Below, piece by piece: positions 8,403 through 18,449 of a stretch of DNA of 57,321 nt (its first letter is position 1; each line of letters begins with the position of its first letter). The notes under the pieces are model-generated. The model was not told where the DNA came from, did no database searches, and was given only the letters and a program-made list of their open reading frames with translations. The DNA is from a virus. Its lineage: Duplodnaviria; Caudoviricetes. Location: the IMG/VR virus record IMGVR_UViG_3300030012_004641, positions 1-57,321 of that record; one strand, given 5' to 3'. The position numbers and the translations under genes are program-made.

Positions 8403-8698
8403 TTGATTTGTTTTATTAAATTAACAGTACGAGAACATTGTTCATATTCCTCTACTTGTTCATAGAAATCTAAACATGTTTCTAAGTTGGTTTTAAATGA
8501 CTCTTTAAGTATAGAAATATCCTTTAGGTTTTTACCATCATTTACTCGTGCCATTACAAAACTAGGTTTACCATTTTGTAAAGTTTGTTCAACACCGTCT
8601 AATATACTTGAATAAAGCATTTTTTGGTATTTGACTTTATTAGCTGGGTCTTCAAAAAAGTCAGCTGGTACTGTAGGGATAATTCTTCTTTTTCTCAT
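8399..8698 (-). CDS. hypothetical protein with C-terminal UVR-like motif
   Basis: FYEQVEEYEQCSRTVNLI. Confidence 0.6.
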   Translation of the reverse strand: MRKRRIIPTVPADFFEDPANKVKYQKMLYSSILDGVEQTLQNGKPSFVMARVNDGKNLKDISILKESFKTNLETCLDFYEQVEEYEQCSRTVNLIKQIK

Positions 8699-8705
8699 AC
8701 GTTTG

Positions 8706-8736
8706 TAAATTTAAGAAGAAAGCTCCTAAAACCAAA
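8706..8736 (-). promoter_or_regulatory. Bacteroidota-type -33/-7 promoter
   Basis: minus strand TTTG-N19-TAAATTTA upstream of 8399..8698. Confidence 0.55.
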
Positions 8737-8744
8737 ATTTTTTA

Positions 8745-9110
8745 TTATTCGCCTTTAAGAGCTTTCAAAATTAAGTTTTTGAACTGGTTCAAGGGAATGT
8801 AGTAACCTAACACGTTAGGATTATCCGTTGCCTGCTTTATATCCGGATCAATGTTAACTTGTAAGTCGTATTTACTAAGCTTATTATTCATAGCTTGTTG
8901 AACTTTTTGGTTAACATCAATTTTTTCGTCTGGATCAACTAATATGGTTCCACCCTTAGGAATTAATTGAATTTTAATACCTTTTTTAGTTGGGTTTCGG
9001 TTTACATCTACTTTAATAGTAAAGTCATTATCACCAGTTTTAAGTTCTGCTTCTCTAAGTAGTTCGTCTACTGTTTCGAAAACCATATCGTGTAATTCAG
9101 TTTTTTTCAT
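8745..9110 (-). CDS. hypothetical protein, possible virion protein
   Basis: N-terminal MKKTEL...ELLRE motif; preceded by ATATTTAT. Confidence 0.6.
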   Translation of the reverse strand: MKKTELHDMVFETVDELLREAELKTGDNDFTIKVDVNRNPTKKGIKIQLIPKGGTILVDPDEKIDVNQKVQQAMNNKLSKYDLQVNIDPDIKQATDNPNVLGYYIPLNQFKNLILKALKGE

Positions 9111-9131
9111 TGTGACTGTTTATTATAAATA

Positions 9132-10427
9132 TTAAACGAATTTAAAAGTCCTATCGTTTAGTAATAAGTCTATATCAGAATAAGTTTTAAATGAATTAGA
9201 CATATCTGTTTTAGATTTAATTTCGATTTTAAATCCCTCATATTCAAAGATACCTATCTCATTTTGATTAATTATATCCTGTATATTTTCTATAAAGGGC
9301 CTAACTTTATTATAATCTATTAAATTAGAGTAATTAAAAGAAACTATAATATCTTCTTTAATACTGTCCGGGGTAGTTTGTATACGTTCTGTAAAATCTG
9401 TAGGGTTAAATAGATGATTAATACTTGCCCAGTGTTCACTAGTATAGTTCCATCTTAAGTTACTATAATAGTGGGCATCAAATTCTGTCTGTTGAATTAA
9501 TTGGGTAATAACATCTTTATTATTTAGATATAATTTTTTACAATAGGGCTCAATGTGTTTAAGTAGATTAAAATCTACGTACCTATCAATATTTATGTTA
9601 AAAGCTATGTTATATACAGGTTTAGGATGATGACCAAAATAACCCCACTTTCTAATAAATCGTTTTAGTTCTTGCATATCCGCCTGCTGTTGGAGTTGGT
9701 TTTTAATTTGGGCTGATTCACTTTCAGATTTAAACCATTCTGCTCCTCTACTAGATACACAAGTAAAATGATATACACAAGCATTCCAAGATATAATAGT
9801 ATCTAAACCATTTTGTTCCATCCTGATAATAGTATCTGAATCTTCTCTAGAACATCTAAATTGGGTATCAAATCCTCCTAAAATATTAATCCATGTAGAT
9901 TTAAATACAGCAAATGGAGCAAAATGACCTATCCTATTAGGACGGTTTTCTTTATGTAATTCATCTACAAATTTATTAAATTCATCATATTGAAATTCTT
10001 CGGGAGTAAGACCAAAATTTTTAATAATTTTTTCGGGAGAACCGGGGTGAAGGGGGGGTTCAATTCGGGCACATGATAAAACAGTATTTTGGTCTATATT
10101 GTTAATAATATGTTTATCAAAATCTTTTCCAACTACCATATCTGATTGTAAGTAACATACTATATCATGGGTAGCTTCATTAAACATAACAGATACATTT
10201 CTTTGACTACCTATAGGAAATCCTGTAGTGTTATTATGGATTTTCATGGTAGGTAAATCTGATTTCATATCAGATAAAGCCTCATAAGTATTTTGATTAT
10301 CAGAATCTATAAATATTAAAATTTCATGATTATTGATATCAGTATGATCTTTTAATGATTTTAAAAGTAATTTAGTGTACTCTTTTTCATTTTTAGCACT
10401 TGCTATACAAAAAGTTATTTTATTCAT
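9132..10427 (-). CDS. glycosyltransferase family 2 with C-terminal extension
   Basis: ITFCIAS..E, ILIFIDSD, YLQSDM (DxD-like), GGFD..F...EDSD. Confidence 0.85.
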   Translation of the reverse strand: MNKITFCIASAKNEKEYTKLLLKSLKDHTDINNHEILIFIDSDNQNTYEALSDMKSDLPTMKIHNNTTGFPIGSQRNVSVMFNEATHDIVCYLQSDMVVGKDFDKHIINNIDQNTVLSCARIEPPLHPGSPEKIIKNFGLTPEEFQYDEFNKFVDELHKENRPNRIGHFAPFAVFKSTWINILGGFDTQFRCSREDSDTIIRMEQNGLDTIISWNACVYHFTCVSSRGAEWFKSESESAQIKNQLQQQADMQELKRFIRKWGYFGHHPKPVYNIAFNINIDRYVDFNLLKHIEPYCKKLYLNNKDVITQLIQQTEFDAHYYSNLRWNYTSEHWASINHLFNPTDFTERIQTTPDSIKEDIIVSFNYSNLIDYNKVRPFIENIQDIINQNEIGIFEYEGFKIEIKSKTDMSNSFKTYSDIDLLLNDRTFKFV

Positions 10428-11211
10428 GTTTTAGGTCTAAATACATTTGTTTAATTCCCTCTTTTACTCCTATCAGGTTAATACTATTATCAGGGTATTT
10501 TTTACCTGTGTAAGGTAAACCTAATGAAGTATCAAATACTTCAACAGGTACTTTATAGTTACTTAACTTATTTATAATATCTGCTATTTCGATTAAAGTA
10601 TAATGGGTTTTATAAGAACATTCAGTTACTTTAGATAAAAGTGATATATTTTCTTCTATATATTTTTCAATTACAGATATTAAATCATCCATATAGAAAA
10701 AGTCCATAAGTTTATTTTGATGAACTATTAAAGGTTTTTTGTTTATATAATTTTTGATATTTGCTTTTATAAATCTCCTATCTAATTCATCCTTATTAAA
10801 TACCGCAAATATTCTTATATTAAATACACCTACTTCGGGTTTAGATAACTCGTGAATAATTTTTTTACTTAACCCATAAGGATCACTAGGATTACCTAAT
10901 TCTGCTCCTGACCCAAAATGTATTAAACGTCCATAACGGTGTCTATTATATAATAAATTATAATACATTTTTATATTTTGGTAGAAGATATCACTACCAT
11001 CATATTCTCGGGTTAATCTATTACCCCCCTTAACAGCTGTATGGATTACTACATCATAACTGTTTGTCTGAAACCATTTATCAGTGGCTTCGCGATTAGT
11101 TAAATCAAAGTCTTTTCTAGTGATTGAAGTAATATCATATTTACCAGATAAATTTTTTAATATACTTTGGGCAATGTATCCATTACCCCCTGTAATTAAT
11201 ATCTTTTTCAT
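10420..11211 (-). CDS. NAD-dependent epimerase/reductase (extended SDR)
   Basis: ILITGGNGYIA, YGLSK catalytic YxxxK. Confidence 0.88.
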   Translation of the reverse strand: MKKILITGGNGYIAQSILKNLSGKYDITSITRKDFDLTNREATDKWFQTNSYDVVIHTAVKGGNRLTREYDGSDIFYQNIKMYYNLLYNRHRYGRLIHFGSGAELGNPSDPYGLSKKIIHELSKPEVGVFNIRIFAVFNKDELDRRFIKANIKNYINKKPLIVHQNKLMDFFYMDDLISVIEKYIEENISLLSKVTECSYKTHYTLIEIADIINKLSNYKVPVEVFDTSLGLPYTGKKYPDNSINLIGVKEGIKQMYLDLKHE

Positions 11212-11597
11212 AATGAATTAACTTGATTAAGGGTTTGGTCCCAACTCTTAAAGCAGATTGCTTTATCATCTATATAAGCAACAGCATTAGGTTTAGTGTA
11301 AGTTATTTCTTCCACATACTGGTTTACTTCATATTTTTCAAGCCATTCCCATATTAATTCTATACCAGTTTTACCATTTATAAGGGGTCTATTAGGATTA
11401 GCCTTACAAGTGTAAATTATTATTCTATATGTTTTAGCTAAATGCTTTATAGAATCTAAAGCCCCTTTTAGGGGTTTACCATATATGGTTCCATCATGGA
11501 ATCCTAAATAGTGATCATGGATAACACCATCAAAATCAATACATAAAACATTTTTTATGTTTTCTTCTACTTCAGTTGTAAATTCTTTTATATTCAT
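11208..11597 (-). CDS. HAD-superfamily phosphatase (capless)
   Basis: CIDFDGV motif I, YT motif II, KP..YIDD motifs III/IV. Confidence 0.85.
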   Translation of the reverse strand: MNIKEFTTEVEENIKNVLCIDFDGVIHDHYLGFHDGTIYGKPLKGALDSIKHLAKTYRIIIYTCKANPNRPLINGKTGIELIWEWLEKYEVNQYVEEITYTKPNAVAYIDDKAICFKSWDQTLNQVNSL

Positions 11598-12846
11598 TTT
11601 TTTCGTAAAAACAACAAGAGGGGTTAAATCCTGTAGGGGTTATAATATTACTAAAAGTATCTAAAGATTGAAAATATATCCCATCAATATCAAAATATGT
11701 AATTAAATCATCTATTAATTTATCTTCACATAACATTTTTCTGTTAGGTTGGAGATTATATATGCATCGTGATATACATGGGGGGCTAGGGATAAAAAAG
11801 TAAACCTTATTAACTTGGGTATGTTTTAATAGTTCACTTACTACTTTTAAAGTAGATCCTGTAAAGATGGCTTCATCTACTATACCTATGGTTTTACTAT
11901 TTACTAAATCTTCTATTAATCCTAATTTAGAAGTGATAAATTGTTTTCTTTTAGCTGAGTTATTTATATCAAAACTTCTCCCCATTTCAGATCGTTTATA
12001 AAAAGCCTCTATATACGGTTTATCTAGAGCAGAAGCTAATCCTTGTGCATAATATTTTCCGGTTTCTGGAATAGGTACAATAGCGTCTAAACTATTGATA
12101 ATATCAGTAGGAATAATAGATTTTAAAGAAGCCCCCAAATTATTCCTCCAGTAAGCAACACTATTATCTTTTACAATCTCGTTTGGCTTTTTCCTATAAA
12201 TTAAATTTAAAGAGCATTTTGATTGAGATAAGGCGTATTTTTTTATTTTATCAAAATTAGGGGTTTTTTTAAAATTATATGTTAGTTTTCCTAATTTGTT
12301 AAAAGATTTAATTATATCTTTAATTACATCATCCGCTAAATGGACTTCATTATTAGGTGAAAAATTTTCATCTAAGTTAAATAAAGGATTTTCTTGGATA
12401 TTAGAATCAACATAAGTGATAAATGAACTAAATTCATAATAAAGATCTTTATCATAATTAAGAGTATCTTTTACAATTTTAATTCTATTAGAAAAGCTTT
12501 TAATATTATACTTAGATATAGATAAATCTTTAGGTATAGACACAAATATAAATTTAGTGCTAGATAGATTTTTTATGATATCTAATAACTTATAAAAGCC
12601 TGTGTCATCTATTTTTAATAATATTTCACTGGTTAAAATAAGAGTATCTGAGTTATAATAGTTTAGCAGGCCTTTGATTCTTTCTAAGTCGGGTACTTCG
12701 TTTATAAAGTCTGTTCTTTTTATTGAGTGATTTCGTTTCACGATTTCGTATAACCTCTTAGAAAATAAAAAGTTTCCCCCAAATAATAAAAATTTATAGT
12801 GTTTAGGTACAAATAACCTAATATCTCTATCTATATTTACACGCAT
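11572..12846 (-). CDS. fusion of a divergent N-terminal domain and a PurF-like phosphoribosyltransferase domain
   Basis: C-half VPIPETG...GRSF...IVDEAIFTGST...SPP parallels the PurF PRTase domain; no N-terminal Cys glutaminase domain. Confidence 0.65.
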   Translation of the reverse strand: MRVNIDRDIRLFVPKHYKFLLFGGNFLFSKRLYEIVKRNHSIKRTDFINEVPDLERIKGLLNYYNSDTLILTSEILLKIDDTGFYKLLDIIKNLSSTKFIFVSIPKDLSISKYNIKSFSNRIKIVKDTLNYDKDLYYEFSSFITYVDSNIQENPLFNLDENFSPNNEVHLADDVIKDIIKSFNKLGKLTYNFKKTPNFDKIKKYALSQSKCSLNLIYRKKPNEIVKDNSVAYWRNNLGASLKSIIPTDIINSLDAIVPIPETGKYYAQGLASALDKPYIEAFYKRSEMGRSFDINNSAKRKQFITSKLGLIEDLVNSKTIGIVDEAIFTGSTLKVVSELLKHTQVNKVYFFIPSPPCISRCIYNLQPNRKMLCEDKLIDDLITYFDIDGIYFQSLDTFSNIITPTGFNPSCCFYEKNEYKRIYN

Positions 12847-12849
12847 ATT

Positions 12850-14652
12850 TTATGGTTTAAATTTATTATTTTCCATTTCATCCTTAGGGAGGAAAGGATA
12901 CATATCCTCAAGAGGTGGAGTGTAAAATTTTCCCCCCTCTAAAAGTTTAGATCTAAGTTTAGGTTCAAAATTTTCATCAGGGTTTGTAATTACTTCACAT
13001 ATAACAGGTCCTTCAGTAGAACAAACTTTTGGTAAAATATTTGGTAATTCGTCTGTAGAAGAAATTTTGAAAAACTTAAACCCATAAGCATTAGCTATTT
13101 TTTCAGCTGAAGGGAAGCTAATACCACTAGATTTGTCAGCCCCATAATATCCTTTTTCACCTGCATTGAACATAGATGTTTGGGTTTGTTTTATTGAATG
13201 ATATCCATCATTATTAACCCAAAATAACTTAATATTTAAATCGTTGTGAATAATAGTCTGTAATTCTTGTAGGTTCATTTGTATAGATCCATCTCCCTCA
13301 ATGCATATGGTGTTTTCATTTTTAGGTTTAGCACAAGCTGCTCCTATAGCTGCTGTAATTCCATAACCCATACTAGAAGCACCCGCGTTTGTAAATACTC
13401 TTTGGTTCTCTTTAATTTGAAGGGCTTGTAGTCCAACTACACAAGCCGCTCCATTAGCTAATACTACACTATCAGTGCTGTTTAAATTGTCAGATAAATG
13501 TTTAACAAAAGCATATACACTAGTTGGTGAAGTGTTTTGTAAATGGTGTGGTAACACTACAGGGTATTTATTGTTAATATTTTTGCACCACTTATACCAT
13601 TTAGTAGTATTATTATGAATACTAGATTTAGGGGAATTATTAATTTTAATTAAAAAATCTTTTATGTCTGTACATATAGGATAATTAATATTAATAGTAG
13701 GTTTACTTAACTCTGCAGGATCTATATCTACTGCTATTTTATAAGCATTTTTAGCAAAGTTACCCCAAGCATAGCTGATCTGCCTAATAGATAGTTGGCA
13801 TCCTAAAAATAATACTAGATCGGCGTTTTGGAGTACAAAATTACCTCCCCTATTTCCTATAGTACCTGGGTGGCCAGCATAATATTCATGGTCATCCCAA
13901 ATTAAATCGTTAGAATTCCATTCAGTTACTACGGGGATTTTTAATTTAGAAACGGTTGATAAAAATTCATTATAACTATCACTCATTCTTACTCCATAAC
14001 CGGCTAATATTACAGGTTGTTTAGCTTGGTTAATTTTATCTAAAACATTATTTATTACCTGAGAAGTTGTTTCAGGAGTAAATGAATTTGGAGTAAAATG
14101 GATTAAATCATCCGTATCAACTATCGTAGATTGAATATTAAGGGGAATATCTAACCATACAGGCCCTTTTCTACCACTTGTAGCTAAATAAAATGCTTTT
14201 TCTAAATGATATGCTATATATTTAGGATTAGTGATCATATGAGAATATTTAGTCATATGTTTTACACTATCTATAATATTATATTCTTGAAAACCTAATT
14301 GCCTAAGGGGAAGAGGAGTAGAATCTATAGTAGTATCATGATTCATTTGTCCTGAAATTATAATCATGGGTACTGAATCTAACCAAGCACCTAATACTCC
14401 CGTAATTGCATTAGTAGTTCCCGGACCTGATGTTACACACACTAATCCCGGTTTATCTGATATACGTGTGTATCCCTCTGAGGCCATTGAACATGCTTGT
14501 TCATGATGAGTGTATATGCAATCTATATCAGGATGATTTCCGAAGCTGTCATTTAAATGCATAGCACCTCCTCCAGTGACAGTAAAACATTTATTTACTT
14601 CTTTTTGAGATAAAAAGTTTGCTATGTAATCAGAAATTTTTACTTGACTCAT
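12850..14652 (-). CDS. ThDP-dependent acetolactate synthase-like enzyme (YerE-like carboligase candidate)
   Basis: HHEQAC, TSGPGTTN, GDGS...NNDGY ThDP-binding motif; sugar-cluster context. Confidence 0.88.
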   Translation of the reverse strand: MSQVKISDYIANFLSQKEVNKCFTVTGGGAMHLNDSFGNHPDIDCIYTHHEQACSMASEGYTRISDKPGLVCVTSGPGTTNAITGVLGAWLDSVPMIIISGQMNHDTTIDSTPLPLRQLGFQEYNIIDSVKHMTKYSHMITNPKYIAYHLEKAFYLATSGRKGPVWLDIPLNIQSTIVDTDDLIHFTPNSFTPETTSQVINNVLDKINQAKQPVILAGYGVRMSDSYNEFLSTVSKLKIPVVTEWNSNDLIWDDHEYYAGHPGTIGNRGGNFVLQNADLVLFLGCQLSIRQISYAWGNFAKNAYKIAVDIDPAELSKPTININYPICTDIKDFLIKINNSPKSSIHNNTTKWYKWCKNINNKYPVVLPHHLQNTSPTSVYAFVKHLSDNLNSTDSVVLANGAACVVGLQALQIKENQRVFTNAGASSMGYGITAAIGAACAKPKNENTICIEGDGSIQMNLQELQTIIHNDLNIKLFWVNNDGYHSIKQTQTSMFNAGEKGYYGADKSSGISFPSAEKIANAYGFKFFKISSTDELPNILPKVCSTEGPVICEVITNPDENFEPKLRSKLLEGGKFYTPPLEDMYPFLPKDEMENNKFKP

Positions 14653-15653
14653 TTTTTAGATACTTCATATAATTCAGATGCAAATGTTTCGTTAAAGGTA
14701 ACATGTTTGTCTGCGGCTTTAACTTGCATTAAGAGTTTATCTATCTCAGGAAGTGATAAATTTGGTTTATTTAAAAAATACTCAGCATATGATCTGTGTA
14801 TTTGGTTAAATCCTGTAATAGCATATGCGGGCATATATCCCCAAGGGTTAGTTGATTTAATTTGTGATATGGGGTTATCTATAATTTTATAAATACTGTT
14901 TAAATCAAAATTACTATTTTGGGTAATATTCATAAAATTCATAATTAATTCAGTGCATAGATTACCAGGTATTCTGCCCATTCCCAATACTGAAGAATCT
15001 ATATAGGCTTTTCTAGTGCCTATCTTTTCTATAAAACTAGCTGCTAGTGATAAAGAAAGGGATAGATTTTCATGTAAATGTAAACCTATAGCAATATCAG
15101 AACTTACCCAAGAATTAAATAGAGAGAATAATTTATCTAAATCAGAAGGAAATATAGAGCCAAAAGTATCTACAATATAAATCCCTTCCGGTTTGAATTC
15201 ATTAAGTGAAGTAAGTATATTTATTAATTCATCTTCAGTGTAACTTAAGACATTAACCGGATTAAAATAAACTTTATAACCTGCTTCTCTTACTATAGAG
15301 GCTTGTTTTAAGGTTAATTCTAAGTCTTTTTGATGAAAAGCAAAACGTATATTTTTAATATTATTTCCCCCTTCCCCAAATTGAGTTATATCATACCAAT
15401 CGGGTCTAATCATTAAACAATATTCCTGGTTAGGATTTTGAGCGTATTGTTCAGCTTCTAAAGGATTATTAAATAATGTTTGGCTAGATTTATGATTTCC
15501 ATCTTTTAAAAACCCTAATTCTATGAGGTCTACATTTGAAGATTCTAAATTTTTGACTATAGAGTGAATATTTTTTTCACCAAAATCAAAATTATTTACA
15601 TACCCCCCATCTCTTAGAGTACAATCTAAAACTTTAATGTTAGAATTTACCAT
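14649..15653 (-). CDS. DRE-TIM/HMGL-like aldolase
   Basis: DCTLRDGGY, HLHENL, GMGR..GN motifs. Confidence 0.85.
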   Translation of the reverse strand: MVNSNIKVLDCTLRDGGYVNNFDFGEKNIHSIVKNLESSNVDLIELGFLKDGNHKSSQTLFNNPLEAEQYAQNPNQEYCLMIRPDWYDITQFGEGGNNIKNIRFAFHQKDLELTLKQASIVREAGYKVYFNPVNVLSYTEDELINILTSLNEFKPEGIYIVDTFGSIFPSDLDKLFSLFNSWVSSDIAIGLHLHENLSLSLSLAASFIEKIGTRKAYIDSSVLGMGRIPGNLCTELIMNFMNITQNSNFDLNSIYKIIDNPISQIKSTNPWGYMPAYAITGFNQIHRSYAEYFLNKPNLSLPEIDKLLMQVKAADKHVTFNETFASELYEVSKK

Positions 15654-16597
15654 ATAAATTTATTTTTATAGTATTTAATTATACTTTGTAATTCATTGTC
15701 AAAATTTGCTTCAGGTTTCCAACCTAATTTCCTTAGCTTAGAATCATCTAAAGCATATCTTACATCTTGCCCTTTTCTGTCAAAGGATGTATCAATATAC
15801 GAACTATAATCAACATCTCCAAAATATTCTTTAATTATCTTCTTTACAGTTGTAATATTAGGTTGTTCAAATCCTCCTGCTATATTATAAATTTCATTGG
15901 TAGTGTTTGATTCTATTATAGTGATAATAGCATTTGCTGTATCTTGAGCATGGAGCCAATTTCTAACAGGGGTTCCATTATTATGTAAAGGGATTTTTCT
16001 ACCAAGTTTAAGATATTTACATGATTTAGGAATCAGTTTTTCAACATATTGTCCTATACCATAATTGTTAGTAGGTCTAACTATTATATATGGTAACTTA
16101 TATGTACGAGCCCAAGCTAATACTAATTGATCAGCAGCTGCTTTAGTAGCTGAATATGGATTACTAGGATGAAGAAGATCAGTTTCTGTATGAGCTCCTG
16201 ATTCTATATCCCCATAAACTTCATCTGTACTGAAGTGAATTAGGGTAGGGATTTGGCTGTTTTCCTGTCTATAGTTTCTGATTAATTCTAATATATTATG
16301 TACACCATTTACATTGGAATGCACAAAATCGTCACTATTAGCAATACTATTACCCACATGAGTTTCAGCAGCCGTATTAATGATATAATCACAATCGTAT
16401 AAAAATTCTAAATCATTTATATCACAATGTACAAATGAAAAATTTGGGTATTGGTTAAACTCATCTAATAAATGTTTATTAGCGGCATAAGTTGTTTTAT
16501 CAACTCCTTTAACATACCATCCTTTTTCAAGGCAAGTTTTAGTGATGTAAGATCCTATAAATCCTAAACATCCAGTTACGTATACTACTTTTGTCAT
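15647..16597 (-). CDS. rmlB: dTDP-glucose 4,6-dehydratase-like
   Basis: TGCLGFIG, AAETHV, STDEVYG, YSATK, TNNYG..Q..EKLIP. Confidence 0.85.
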   Translation of the reverse strand: MTKVVYVTGCLGFIGSYITKTCLEKGWYVKGVDKTTYAANKHLLDEFNQYPNFSFVHCDINDLEFLYDCDYIINTAAETHVGNSIANSDDFVHSNVNGVHNILELIRNYRQENSQIPTLIHFSTDEVYGDIESGAHTETDLLHPSNPYSATKAAADQLVLAWARTYKLPYIIVRPTNNYGIGQYVEKLIPKSCKYLKLGRKIPLHNNGTPVRNWLHAQDTANAIITIIESNTTNEIYNIAGGFEQPNITTVKKIIKEYFGDVDYSSYIDTSFDRKGQDVRYALDDSKLRKLGWKPEANFDNELQSIIKYYKNKFIW

Positions 16598-17475
16598 ATT
16601 TTATTATCTATATTATTCCAGTTAGAGGGATAGTAATTTCCATTAATCCATGAAGATTCATGTTGGGGATGGAGGAAATAAGTGGGGCATACTATTTTTT
16701 TATCAGGATTTTTACCTAAATAAGCACCCCACCACGAATAAGAACTATTAGCAATAATGTGGTGATCACATAAATTAAGGAGGGCTAAATCTTCTTTTTC
16801 AGAGTCAGTACATATCTTTTCACCACCTATAGGTTCAACAAAAAATATATTATCTCCACTAAACATACGTTTAGTATAATTTATATCATTAGAAAAAACT
16901 ATAAAATTATAATCTTCTATAGGACTAAAATATTCAGTAATTGCTTTAATATAATAGTCAAAATCCCTATCAAGAGGACAAAAAGCATATTGGGGTAATA
17001 AATAATCTCCTCTTCTTACATGAATGCTTACAGTGGGTTTATCTCCTAATTGGGATTTAATTTGATTCATCCTTTCAATTGCTTGGGTTTTTAAGTAATT
17101 TTTAAATTCCCACTTAGCAATTTTATCTCCAATGGTATTGTACCAGTAAGTATATAGGTCAAATCTTCCTACTAAATTATAATTTCCTTTAGGGTTTAAA
17201 GGGAATAGAGTAGTATCATAAGTAGTAGTATGGAAATTAATATCTTTATCTATAAAACCATTAAAAAATTCTTCTTCTTTAATAGAAAAAGTATTATCTA
17301 ATTCAAGTAAATCAAATATTCTAATACCTACACCGTTTTCTTCTATCATTTTTTTAGAAAAAACAACATCCATATTATTATGTTCGGCTACTGCTAATAA
17401 ACTAGCATATATTTGTAGTTGGGAGCATAATCCCCCTGAACCACCCATATTACTAAGAGTTAAGTAGTTTTTCAT
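16594..17475 (-). CDS. GT11 alpha-1,2-fucosyltransferase-like
   Basis: HVRRGDY, FSND, IIANSSYSWWGAYL; ATG at 17475 preferred over the track start at 17496. Confidence 0.9.
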   Translation of the reverse strand: MKNYLTLSNMGGSGGLCSQLQIYASLLAVAEHNNMDVVFSKKMIEENGVGIRIFDLLELDNTFSIKEEEFFNGFIDKDINFHTTTYDTTLFPLNPKGNYNLVGRFDLYTYWYNTIGDKIAKWEFKNYLKTQAIERMNQIKSQLGDKPTVSIHVRRGDYLLPQYAFCPLDRDFDYYIKAITEYFSPIEDYNFIVFSNDINYTKRMFSGDNIFFVEPIGGEKICTDSEKEDLALLNLCDHHIIANSSYSWWGAYLGKNPDKKIVCPTYFLHPQHESSWINGNYYPSNWNNIDNKI

Positions 17476-18449
17476 TTTTGGTAGTAATTTAACCAATATT
17501 CAGCCATTTCTTCCATCATTTCTTTAAAACTATATTGTGGTTTCCACCCAAGTTCTGTTCTGATTTTAGTTGAATCCCCTCTAAGGTAAGGGAGTTCTTC
17601 GGGTCTAAGGTATTTAGGGTTTTGAACTACATAATCTTTATAATCTAAACCTAGGTAACTAAATACTAGTTCACACATTTCTCTAACTGAATGGGTTTCC
17701 ATAGTTGATACTATCCAATCTCCAGGCTGATCATGTTGTAACATTAAATGCATTGCCCTAACATAATCATATGAATGGCCCCAATCTCTATATGAATCCA
17801 TATTACCTAATTCGAGTTTGTCTTGTAGACCTAATTTAATTCTTGCTGCTGCTTTAACTACCTTATTGGTTACAAAATTAGATCCGCGGCGTGGTGATTC
17901 ATGGTTAAATAGAATCCCATTAGTAGTGTGTAAACCATAAGCGCGTCTATAGTTTCTTACTATATTATACCCAAATACTTTAGAGCACCCATAGGGGGAT
18001 ACAGGATTCATTGGGGTAGTTTCACGTTGGAAGTTATCTTCTTCTACAGATAATCCAAACATTTCAGAACTACTCGCTTGGTAAAATTTTGCATTAGGGC
18101 AAGATCTACGATATGCTTCTAATATATTTAAAACCCCAATAGCGTTAGTTTGTACTGTAAATTGGGGGATATCGAAGCTAATTCTAACATGGGATTGGGC
18201 TGCTAGATTATAAATCTCATCTGGTTGGATTTGGTCTAACAATTTTTCTAATCCCCCCTGATCTAATAGATCCCCGTAATGAGTATGGATTTTTGAATGA
18301 ATTTCTGATATTCTTATATCCTGGTTTTCAGGGGTGGAATTTCTTCTAACAGTACCATGTACTTCATATCCTAAATCAAGTAAGTGTTCTGCTAAATAAG
18401 AACCATCTTGACCATTTATACCTGTAATAAAAGCGGTTTTTTGTTTCAT
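17472..18449 (-). CDS. gmd: GDP-mannose 4,6-dehydratase
   Basis: TGINGQDGSYL, AAQSHV, QASSSEMFG, SPYGCSK, FNHESPRRG. Confidence 0.95.
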   Translation of the reverse strand: MKQKTAFITGINGQDGSYLAEHLLDLGYEVHGTVRRNSTPENQDIRISEIHSKIHTHYGDLLDQGGLEKLLDQIQPDEIYNLAAQSHVRISFDIPQFTVQTNAIGVLNILEAYRRSCPNAKFYQASSSEMFGLSVEEDNFQRETTPMNPVSPYGCSKVFGYNIVRNYRRAYGLHTTNGILFNHESPRRGSNFVTNKVVKAAARIKLGLQDKLELGNMDSYRDWGHSYDYVRAMHLMLQHDQPGDWIVSTMETHSVREMCELVFSYLGLDYKDYVVQNPKYLRPEELPYLRGDSTKIRTELGWKPQYSFKEMMEEMAEYWLNYYQK

